From a virus (Duplodnaviria; Heunggongvirae; Uroviricota; Caudoviricetes): 5,689 bases of DNA. The DNA lies in the IMG/VR virus record IMGVR_UViG_2778260996_000001, positions 1-5,689 of that record. One strand, written 5' to 3'. Every line of letters starts with the position of its first letter. The stretch's first letter is position 1. Both the position numbers and the translations under genes were made by a program. Shown piece by piece: positions 1 to 5,616 of this stretch. The notes below the pieces were generated by a model that was not told the origin of the DNA, did not search any database, and saw nothing but the letters and a program-made list of their open reading frames with translations.

Positions 1-501
1 AAAACCTGGTCCCTGACGCATCCGGTGGATGACGCAATTACCCTGCTGACACAGGGCGGCAGACTGACCTGTAAGTTCCGCCTGTCAGGCGCACTGACCA
101 ACAATCAGTTCGGGCTGGGGATTTATCTGTATACGGATGCTCCCGTTCCTGATGGTGTGGCGATGACGGGTACCGGTAATCCGTTCCTGATGTCGTACTT
201 CACTCAGACCACTGACGGCAGAGTGAATCTGATGCATCACAGGAAAGCCGGAAACACGAAGCTGGGGGAGTTCGGCGATTACGGTAACGACTGGCAGACG
301 CTGGAGCTGGTGTTCACCGCCGGCAGTGCCACGGTTACTCCGAAACTGAATGGAGTGGCTGGCCCGGCATTCCAGGTTATAAAAGACAGTCTGACACTGG
401 GACTGAATGCGCTGACGCTGACGGATGTTACAAAAAATGCAGCGTATGGCGTTGAGATAGAAAGTCTGGTGCTGGAGATAAATGCACCGGCATCATCATA
501 A
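1..501 (+). CDS. hypothetical protein, C-terminal portion (gene starts upstream of window); beta-rich, possibly lectin/carbohydrate-binding-like
   Basis: Reading frame 1 is open from nt 1 (KTWSLTHPV...) to the TAA at 499-501, so the GTG at 25 is probably internal. Gly/Thr/Val-rich composition suggests a beta-sandwich; no motif I can assign to a family. It sits immediately upstream of the lysis cassette, the slot where lambdoid prophages carry morons. Confidence 0.55.
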   Translation, partial: KTWSLTHPVDDAITLLTQGGRLTCKFRLSGALTNNQFGLGIYLYTDAPVPDGVAMTGTGNPFLMSYFTQTTDGRVNLMHHRKAGNTKLGEFGDYGNDWQTLELVFTAGSATVTPKLNGVAGPAFQVIKDSLTLGLNALTLTDVTKNAAYGVEIESLVLEINAPASS

Positions 502-586
502 AAAGTGAGCCAGTCAAATGGAAGGTATCGTTAAACTCACCGGTAGTGTCAGTGGGTCGTCTGAGACGCCTGCATGAGTTATCAGA

Positions 587-615
587 GCCATCAGTACTTA
601 ACTGGTGGCTTTTTT
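587..615 (+). terminator. intrinsic-terminator-like hairpin upstream of the holin gene (candidate late-operon tR'-type terminator)
   Basis: GCCATCAG (587-594) / 7-nt loop / CTGGTGGC (602-609) forms an 8-bp stem with one G-U pair, followed directly by TTTTTT (610-615). It lies 35 nt upstream of the holin ATG. Confidence 0.45.
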
Positions 616-650
616 ATTGTTGTCAGCTTCCGGATAACGGGAGACGGGGT

Positions 651-866
651 ATGTACCAGATGGAAAAAATCACAACAGGTGTGTCATACACCACGTCAGC
701 GGTGGGGACGGGATACTGGTTACTGCAGCTGCTGGACAAAGTCTCTCCGTCCCAGTGGGTGGCAATCGGTGTGCTGGGGAGTCTGCTGTTTGGCCTGCTG
801 ACGTATCTGACAAACCTTTATTTCAAGATTAAAGAAGATAAGCGCAAGGCTGCGAGAGGTGAATAA
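651..866 (+). CDS. S: class II holin / pinholin, phage 21 S21-like, with dual-start motif
   Basis: ATG at 651 preceded by GGGAGA (639-644) at 6-nt spacing. The 71-aa product [25 protein letters not shown]...[36 protein letters not shown] has two TMDs and a charged C-terminus, and closely resembles S21 / E. coli essD as I recall them. Met1 and Met4 give the antiholin/holin dual start. The GTG-extended ORF from 546 is rejected because it spans the terminator hairpin. Confidence 0.9.
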   Translation: MYQMEKITTGVSYTTSAVGTGYWLLQLLDKVSPSQWVAIGVLGSLLFGLLTYLTNLYFKIKEDKRKAARGE

Positions 867-1363
867 TGCCTCCATCATTACGAAAAGCCGTTGCTGCTGC
901 TATTGGTGGTGGGGCTGTTGCCATAGCGTCTGTGCTCATCACTGGTCCGAGTGGTGACGATGGCCTGGAAGGTGTCAGCTACATACCATACGAAGATATC
1001 GTTGGCGTATGGACTGTATGTCATGGACACACCGGAAAAGACATCATGCCCGGTAAAACGTATACCGAAGCAGAATGCAAAGCCCTCCTGAATAAAGACC
1101 TTGCCACGGTCGCCAGACAAATTAACCCGTACATCAAAATCGATATACCGGAAACAACGCGCGGCGCTCTTTACTCGTTCGTTTACAACGTGGGCGCTGG
1201 CAATTTCAGAACATCGACGCTTCTTCGCAAAATAAACCAGGGCGATATCAAAGGCGCATGTGATCAGCTACGGCGCTGGACATACGCTGGCGGTAAGCAA
1301 TGGAAAGGGCTGATGACTCGCCGTGAGATTGAGCGTGAAGTCTGTTTGTGGGGGCAACAATGA
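866..1363 (+). CDS. R: SAR endolysin (phage lysozyme, T4-lysozyme-like muramidase), R21-like
   Basis: ATG overlaps the holin stop (TAATG at 864-868). The N-terminus [27 protein letters not shown] is a Gly/Ala-rich signal-anchor-release domain, followed by a lysozyme core ([23 protein letters not shown] ... [21 protein letters not shown]). Near-identical to phage 21 R as recalled. Confidence 0.93.
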   Translation: MPPSLRKAVAAAIGGGAVAIASVLITGPSGDDGLEGVSYIPYEDIVGVWTVCHGHTGKDIMPGKTYTEAECKALLNKDLATVARQINPYIKIDIPETTRGALYSFVYNVGAGNFRTSTLLRKINQGDIKGACDQLRRWTYAGGKQWKGLMTRREIEREVCLWGQQ

Positions 1364-1797
1364 GCAGAGTAACCGCGATTATCTACGTTCTGGTCATCTG
1401 CCTCATCGTCTGCCTTTCATGGGCTGTTAATCATTACCGTGATAACGCCATCGCCTACAAAGAGCAGCGCGATAAAGCCACATCCATCATCGCTGATATG
1501 CAGAAGCGGCAACGTGATGTAGCAGAACTTGACGCCAGATACACAAAGGAGCTTGCTGATGCTAATGCGACTATCGAAAGTCTCCGTGCTGATGTTTCTG
1601 CTGGGCGTAAGCGCCTGCAAGTCTCCGCCACCTGTGCAAAGTCAACGACCGGAGCCAGCAGCATGGGCGATGGAGAAAGCCCAGGACTTACAGCAGATGC
1701 TGAACTCAATTATTACCGTCTCCGAGGTGGAATCGACAAGATAACCGCGCAGGTTAACTACCTGCAGGAATACATCAGGACGCAGTGCTTAAAATAA
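1360..1797 (+). CDS. Rz: Rz i-spanin (inner-membrane spanin subunit)
   Basis: ATGA overlap with the endolysin stop (1360-1363), GGGG at 1351-1354 as RBS. The product [39 protein letters not shown]... has an N-terminal TMD plus coiled-coil periplasmic region and strongly resembles lambda Rz from memory. The GTG at 1348 in the ORF track is a less likely start. Confidence 0.88.
   Translation: MSRVTAIIYVLVICLIVCLSWAVNHYRDNAIAYKEQRDKATSIIADMQKRQRDVAELDARYTKELADANATIESLRADVSAGRKRLQVSATCAKSTTGASSMGDGESPGLTADAELNYYRLRGGIDKITAQVNYLQEYIRTQCLK
1559..1744 (+). CDS. Rz1: Rz1 o-spanin (outer-membrane lipoprotein spanin), embedded in Rz in the +1 frame
   Basis: ATG at 1559 preceded by AAGGAG (1546-1551). 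The product [20 protein letters not shown]|[16 protein letters not shown]... has a signal peptide with lipobox-like VSAC followed by a proline-rich mature segment, the classic Rz1 architecture, and lies wholly inside Rz. Confidence 0.8.
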   Translation: MLMRLSKVSVLMFLLGVSACKSPPPVQSQRPEPAAWAMEKAQDLQQMLNSIITVSEVESTR

Positions 1798-1837
1798 TTT
1801 TAATTTCACTGAAATTTAACAAGTGACTTTCAGGAAA

Positions 1838-1864
1838 ATGCCTCGCAGATGCGGGGCATTTTTG
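1838..1864 (+). terminator. rho-independent terminator downstream of Rz/Rz1 (possibly bidirectional)
   Basis: ATGCCTCGC (1838-1846) / AGAT loop / GCGGGGCAT (1851-1859) forms a 9-bp GC-rich stem with one G-U pair, followed by TTTT(G) and preceded by AAAA. Confidence 0.7.
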
Positions 1865-2015
1865 TACCGGTATTTCACCGCGCACCGCAGCGCACAATAA
1901 ACACCGAACCTGACCCTTTGGAATGGGCCTTTGAGGATACCAGTTAGTGCTGGCGAGCCTCGGTGGGCTGGTTTCCTGTGCGGCAAAGGTTCATTTCAAA
2001 GAAGCAGGCAACGCC

Positions 2016-2564
2016 ATGAATGAATTAATTGCGAATCATGACTTCGACTTTCGCCAGTTAGTTACCGCAGCAGAAGGTCAACCGGTAACTGACACCTTCC
2101 AGATTGCCAGGGCATTTGGTAAACGCCATCAGCATGTGATTAGGGCTATTAAATGTTTGAGATGTTCTGAGGAATTCTCGACAACCCATTTTTGGGCCGT
2201 CGAGAAAATCAATGGCTTAGGTATTTTTGACAAGAAACAGATTTACTACCGCATGGACTTTAGTGGCTTCGTTATGCTGGTTATGGGATTTAACGGGGCA
2301 AAAGCCGATGCTGTTAAAGAAGCCTATATCAATGCGTTTAACTGGATGTCAGCAGAACTCCGTAAGTACAGCGAAAGTTATGAAGCAGAACGTAACGCCG
2401 TAATGCTGGAGTACATGAAAGAGAAGGATGTCGCCAGCATGTCAGGCCGTCTGCTCAATCGCTGGGGGAGAACGAAAAAACCTCAATTGCTTGCAAAGCT
2501 GGAACGTCTGGAGAGACAGGGACAGTTTTTATTACCGGGATTCGATAAAGGTATTCAAGCCTGA
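2016..2564 (+). CDS. rha: Rha-family phage regulatory protein (antirepressor-like, Phage_pRha domain)
   Basis: The translation contains the Rha signature ...VTDTFQIARAFGKRHQHVIRAIKCL... and ...FSGFVMLVMGFNGAKADAVKEAYINAF.... ATG at 2016 (MNELIANHDFDF...) is chosen over the upstream GTG at 1947; both are possible starts. The position after the lysis genes matches where rha sits in P22-like genomes. Confidence 0.82.
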   Translation: MNELIANHDFDFRQLVTAAEGQPVTDTFQIARAFGKRHQHVIRAIKCLRCSEEFSTTHFWAVEKINGLGIFDKKQIYYRMDFSGFVMLVMGFNGAKADAVKEAYINAFNWMSAELRKYSESYEAERNAVMLEYMKEKDVASMSGRLLNRWGRTKKPQLLAKLERLERQGQFLLPGFDKGIQA

Positions 2565-2862
2565 CACATTATGCGCTGTATCGTCGCCGTATTCCCGCAT
2601 TAACCATGACCGTAGCCCGACAGGGAGACTCCTCTGCGCGAGTGTGCGGGGATAATCAAAAACGATACACACCGGGGTTTACCGCGTTAACGGAGCGCGG
2701 CGTTGTCCCCTCATGGTCGCTGGTTCGGTGCGATGGTGGAAGAAACCGGACGATGTGTTACCTCGCAAGACCTGTTATGTCATGTGTCTGATTTGTGATT
2801 TAAGTCGGATAATTGTCGTTGCCATTAAGCAGAGGATTGATGGCCGACAGGGTGGCATTGTT

Positions 2863-2879
2863 AGAATAAGACTTATTCT
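2863..2879. promoter_or_regulatory. perfect 8-bp inverted repeat with 1-bp spacer (candidate operator) in the promoter region of the TonB-C lipoprotein gene
   Basis: AGAATAAG-A-CTTATTCT at 2863-2879, about 20 nt upstream of the lipoprotein start. It overlaps a possible -10 (TAGAAT 2862-2867); a weak -35 candidate TTGATG lies at 2837-2842 with a long 19-nt spacer. Confidence 0.35.
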
Positions 2880-2899
2880 TATCTGTGCCGGGAATGAAA

Positions 2900-3226
2900 A
2901 TGAAAAGAAATCTTCCGTTAATTATTTTGTTGTCTTCTCTGGTTATGGGCTGTACGCAACATAAAACAGATATGCCCCGACAGTTGGTTAAGGCATTACC
3001 ACAATATCCGGCCTATGCAGCGGCAAATTATATAAAGGGACGGGTTGATGTGAAGTTTGATATTGGTGCTGATGGTACTGTCACCCGAATTGAGTTTATC
3101 CGTTCAGAGCCGCACCATCTGTTTGATGAGCAGGTTGTAAAGGCGATGGCAAAATGGCGATTTGAGAAGGACAGGCCGCGTAAAGGCGTGAAGAAAACGT
3201 TTATCTTTAGTCCTTCTGCACCCTGA
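2900..3226 (+). CDS. small secreted (probable lipo)protein consisting of a free-standing TonB C-terminal domain
   Basis: ATG at 2900 with GGGA (2890-2893) at 6-nt spacing; ATG 2894 and GTG 2885 are alternatives. Signal peptide MKRNLPLIILLSSLVMG|C with lipobox-like VMGC. The mature part LPQYPAYAAANYIKGRVDVKFDIGADGTVTRIEFIRSEPHHLFDEQVVKAMAKWRFE matches the TonB_C signature (compare E. coli TonB [55 protein letters not shown], from memory). No proline-rich linker or N-terminal ExbBD-coupling TMD is present. Confidence 0.8.
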   Translation: MKRNLPLIILLSSLVMGCTQHKTDMPRQLVKALPQYPAYAAANYIKGRVDVKFDIGADGTVTRIEFIRSEPHHLFDEQVVKAMAKWRFEKDRPRKGVKKTFIFSPSAP

Positions 3227-3357
3227 TTATTTCATCAGAAATTAATTATCACTCTGTTGTTATTCTGTACATTCCGGCTGGGTAAGTCTTGTTCCGCCGG
3301 GTATGAAGATGAAATATTGTTGGAGGACAGTGGGTACCTGCTCCTGTAACCGAACGT

Positions 3358-3558
3358 TCATTTCTCGTTATTTGTCATGCTGGCCGGACGCAGATGCGTT
3401 GCATCTGTTGCCAGCCTTCTCCTGCAGGCTTCAATAACCCACGCTGAAAAGTTACCGGAACCTTTATGTTCAAGGGCGATATTGATCTGTTCAATCATGT
3501 GATTGGGGAAACGGATATTGCGGATTGTGGTTCTGCGGGTCCGGTTTTTCGATGACAT
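3358..3558 (-). CDS. small basic ribbon-helix-helix-like DNA-binding protein (possibly YlcI/YnfO-like prophage protein family; family assignment from memory only)
   Basis: Minus-strand ATG (complement of 3556-3558) preceded by AGAGGA at 6-nt spacing. The 66-aa product has an Arg-rich N-terminus and a predicted beta-strand TIRNIRFP followed by two helices (MIEQINIALEHKG / NFSAWVIEACRRRL), an Arc/MetJ/CopG-like layout. No competing + strand ORF exists in 3227-3599. Confidence 0.65.
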   Translation of the reverse strand: MSSKNRTRRTTIRNIRFPNHMIEQINIALEHKGSGNFSAWVIEACRRRLATDATHLRPASMTNNEK

Positions 3559-3599
3559 TTTCTTTCCTCTGGTGACAAGCTATATGGAGAGGATTTTAC

Positions 3600-3965
3600 A
3601 TGGCTGTGCTTCGTACGTTACCGGGCAGAATCAAAACTCTGAACACCCGGCGGGTGAATGTCCTGAAGGGTGAACAGCGTCGGGTCAGTGGTAGTGCCCG
3701 GGTTTCCCTCAAGCGTCGTATCTGGCTGAGGGATGCCGGACAGTGCTGTCTCTGTGGGCGTGTGGTTGACCTTTGTGACAGTGAACTTGAGCACCGCATT
3801 GCACTTCAGTTCGGTGGTGGTAATGAGGAGACGAATCTCTGGACGCTCTGTACCGAATGCCATCGACAAAAGTCTGCTCGTGAAGCGGCGAGTGGTATGC
3901 CAGACCCGACGCTGCCGGAGGTGTCCGGAGGTAGTGGCAGAGCGGACGACATCATCGGACTGTAA
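3600..3965 (+). CDS. phage-associated HNH endonuclease (terminase-associated type)
   Basis: ATG at 3600 preceded by GGAGAGGA (3586-3593). The product carries an HNH/zinc-finger motif: CCLCG...DSELEHRIALQFGG...NLWTLCTECHRQK. Its position immediately upstream of the terminase small and large subunit genes is typical of HK97-like cos packaging modules. Confidence 0.9.
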   Translation: MAVLRTLPGRIKTLNTRRVNVLKGEQRRVSGSARVSLKRRIWLRDAGQCCLCGRVVDLCDSELEHRIALQFGGGNEETNLWTLCTECHRQKSAREAASGMPDPTLPEVSGGSGRADDIIGL

Positions 3966-4025
3966 CCCGACCCGGGGGGGGTATCATCCGGCGTAAAAAA
4001 AGATCGCTTTGGACACCGCCCCCCC
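3966..4025. other. candidate cos cleavage region: G8 run and C7 run flanking a 34-bp AT-rich segment
   Basis: GGGGGGGG at 3974-3981 and CCCCCCC at 4019-4025, non-coding, between the HNH stop and the GTTAAC repeat cluster. The assignment as cosN-like is inference from position only. Confidence 0.3.
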
Positions 4026-4057
4026 TCTCACGCAGAGAAAAAATTCCCGTTTCAGGG

Positions 4058-4185
4058 CAGTTAACATGTTAACTGGCTGTCCGGGCATTTTTGCGGTTTT
4101 TATCTTTATTATTCAGTTTGTTGTGCGGAAAAAATGTTAACTGGCTTTTTCAGCAAATGTTAACCAGGCAGCAGTTAACATTTGC
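4058..4185. repeat. cluster of five GTTAAC-containing repeats (18-bp perfect palindrome, 13-bp direct repeat, 12-bp inverted repeat): candidate terminase small-subunit binding sites (cosB/R-site-like)
   Basis: CAGTTAACATGTTAACTG (4058-4075) is a perfect palindrome. ATGTTAACTGGCT occurs at 4066-4078 and 4134-4146. GCAAATGTTAAC (4153-4164) and GTTAACATTTGC (4174-4185) are inverted arms with a 9-bp spacer. T-tract-rich bendable DNA lies between them (4085-4135). All of this sits directly upstream of the terS start. Confidence 0.5.
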
Positions 4186-4255
4186 GGCATGAGACGCCGG
4201 GAAAAATGGGCTGAACCATACCCGGCTGAGTGCGTTCTGGACCCGGGAGGAGGCT

Positions 4256-4819
4256 GTGCTGACAACGCAAAAACGAAAATTTGCGCTGGCGCTCATGTCC
4301 GGGAAAAACAAAACAGCGTCAGCCATTGCCGCTGGTTATTCGGCGAAGACCGCCAGGGTTAAAGGCTCGCAGCTGGCAAAAGATCCGGAGGTGCTTGCGT
4401 TTATAGCCCGTAAACAATGCGAGACGGTGGAGGTGGATGAGGTTCCTGTTTACCGGCAGAAAAAATCAGAGCAGGAGGATAAACCCCGTCGCCGTGAGGC
4501 GGCTGCAATACCACAGCCGGACGAAAACAATCCGGAGATGCCTCCGCCCGCGGTGATATCTCATGGTATTGAATATATGGAGGATGGTCTTCCCGATCCG
4601 GTGAAAGCGATGGGGCGTCTTCTGGTGGAGAACATTAATACCGACCCCAGGCTGGCGCTGGATGCGGCTTATAAGCTGGCGCAGTTCACGCACCACAAAA
4701 AAGGGGATGCCGGTAAAAAATCGGCAAAAGGTGACGCCGCGAAAAAAGCGGCTAACCGTTTTGCGGTGCCACCACCACCCCGCCTGGTGGTGAATAATGA
4801 TAATGAGGGCAACGGATGA
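4256..4819 (+). CDS. terS: terminase small subunit (phage Terminase_2/P27-type HTH small subunit)
   Basis: GTG at 4256 directly after GGGAGGAGG (4245-4253). The N-terminus KRKFALALMSGKNKTASAIAAGYSAKTARVKGSQLAKDPEVLAFI matches the small-terminase HTH signature (AGYS.K.A ... L.K.P.V..I). ATGA overlap with the downstream large-subunit gene (4816-4819). Confidence 0.85.
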   Translation: MLTTQKRKFALALMSGKNKTASAIAAGYSAKTARVKGSQLAKDPEVLAFIARKQCETVEVDEVPVYRQKKSEQEDKPRRREAAAIPQPDENNPEMPPPAVISHGIEYMEDGLPDPVKAMGRLLVENINTDPRLALDAAYKLAQFTHHKKGDAGKKSAKGDAAKKAANRFAVPPPPRLVVNNDNEGNG

Positions 4820-5616
4820 TACCTGTGTGGAGCACGGCCTGCCCGGACTGGGCAGAGCGCCTGAAAAAGGGGCTGTCGATTATTCCGGCTCCGATTTATC
4901 CGGAGCAGGCCGCACATGCCCTGGCGATTTTTAAACAACTGCGGATTGTGGATGCACCTGGTAGCCCTACGTTCGGGGAGTCCTGTGCACCGTGGGTGTT
5001 TGACCTGGTGGCGGCCCTGTTTGGCTCCTACGATGCGCAGACCGGTGTACGCCATATCAAGGAAGTTTTTATCCTTATCCCCAAGAAAAACTCGAAGTCC
5101 ACGCTGGCCGCGGGGATCATGATGACTGCACTGTTACTGAACTGGCGGCAGGCGGCGGGTTACACGATTCTGGCCCCGACTGTGGAGGTGGCGGCCAACG
5201 CCTTCAACCCTGCCCGGGATATGGTACGACGTGACGATGATCTGGATGACCTCTGCCAGGTACAGACCCATATCCGGACCATCACCCACCGGGTGACGGA
5301 CACCACCCTGAAGGTGGTGGCAGCCGATCCGAATACGGTGTCCGGTATCAAGTCCGTGGGTACGCTGATTGATGAGTTGTGGCTGTTTGGCAAGCAGTGC
5401 AAGGCGGAGGACATGTTACGTGAAGCCATAGGCGGCCTTGCCTCCCGCCCGGAAGGGTTTGTGGTGTATACGACCACCCAGTCGAATGAACCGCCCGCCG
5501 GGGTGTTCAGACAGAAACTGCAGTACGCCCGGGATGTGCGCGACGGCAAAATTCATGATCCGCACTTTCTGCCGGTGATATTTGAACACCCTCCTGAAAT
5601 GGTGGAAAGCGGGTAA
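4816..5616 (+). CDS. terL: terminase large subunit, N-terminal ATPase domain only; ORF ends prematurely (probably disrupted or pseudogenised)
   Basis: Translationally coupled to terS. Walker A-like P-loop ILIPKKNSKST and Walker B-like VGTLIDELWLFG (compare HK97 TerL GRKNGKS / IIDELHAH, from memory). The ORF stops at 5614-5616 after 266 aa and all three forward frames hit stops by 5665, whereas large terminases are typically over 400 aa with a C-terminal nuclease domain. Confidence 0.8.
   Translation: MIPVWSTACPDWAERLKKGLSIIPAPIYPEQAAHALAIFKQLRIVDAPGSPTFGESCAPWVFDLVAALFGSYDAQTGVRHIKEVFILIPKKNSKSTLAAGIMMTALLLNWRQAAGYTILAPTVEVAANAFNPARDMVRRDDDLDDLCQVQTHIRTITHRVTDTTLKVVAADPNTVSGIKSVGTLIDELWLFGKQCKAEDMLREAIGGLASRPEGFVVYTTTQSNEPPAGVFRQKLQYARDVRDGKIHDPHFLPVIFEHPPEMVESG

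Noticed and set aside
546-650. GTG-initiated 5' extension of the holin ORF (106-aa version) and the overlapping 75-aa ORF at 574-801
   Set aside because: The extension spans the terminator-like hairpin at 587-615 and has no RBS. The holin family start (MYQMEK with dual Met) has a good RBS at 651. The ORF at 574-801 is an alternative frame of the same region.
878-1120. 80-aa minus-strand ORF inside the endolysin gene
   Set aside because: Entirely antisense to a confidently identified, conserved endolysin; no RBS and no recognisable domain.
1348-1359. GTG at 1348 as the Rz start (ORF-track coordinates)
   Set aside because: The ATG at 1360 gives the conserved MSRVTAII N-terminus seen in lambda Rz and forms the typical ATGA stop/start overlap with the endolysin gene.
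1417-1709. Two minus-strand ORFs (67 and 84 aa) antisense to Rz/Rz1
   Set aside because: Antisense to the spanin genes; low-complexity Ser/Ala-rich translations typical of shadow ORFs.
2428-2964. Three small + strand ORFs (75, 61, 83 aa) in the Rha-lipoprotein intergenic region
   Set aside because: Mutually overlapping, non-ATG or weak starts without RBS, Cys/Arg-rich translations. The 83-aa ORF is an out-of-frame overlap with the TonB-C lipoprotein start. This region is more likely non-coding regulatory DNA.
3320-3350. Weak hairpin AGGACAG-tgggtac-CTGCTCCT between the convergent lipoprotein and RHH genes, considered as a bidirectional terminator
   Set aside because: The stem needs a bulge and no T-run follows directly on either strand; too weak to call.
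3378-3410. Imperfect hairpin CAGATGC-GTT-GCATCTG with flanking GCTGGC/GCCAGC
   Set aside because: It lies inside the 3' coding region of the minus-strand RHH gene and has no adjacent U-run on either strand, so it is not a credible intrinsic terminator. It may simply be coding-sequence symmetry.
3596-3996. ORFs antisense to or out of frame with the HNH endonuclease gene (67 aa -, 83 aa -, 87 aa +)
   Set aside because: They overlap a gene with a clear HNH motif and strong RBS; their translations are Arg/Ser/Thr-rich, shadow-ORF-like.
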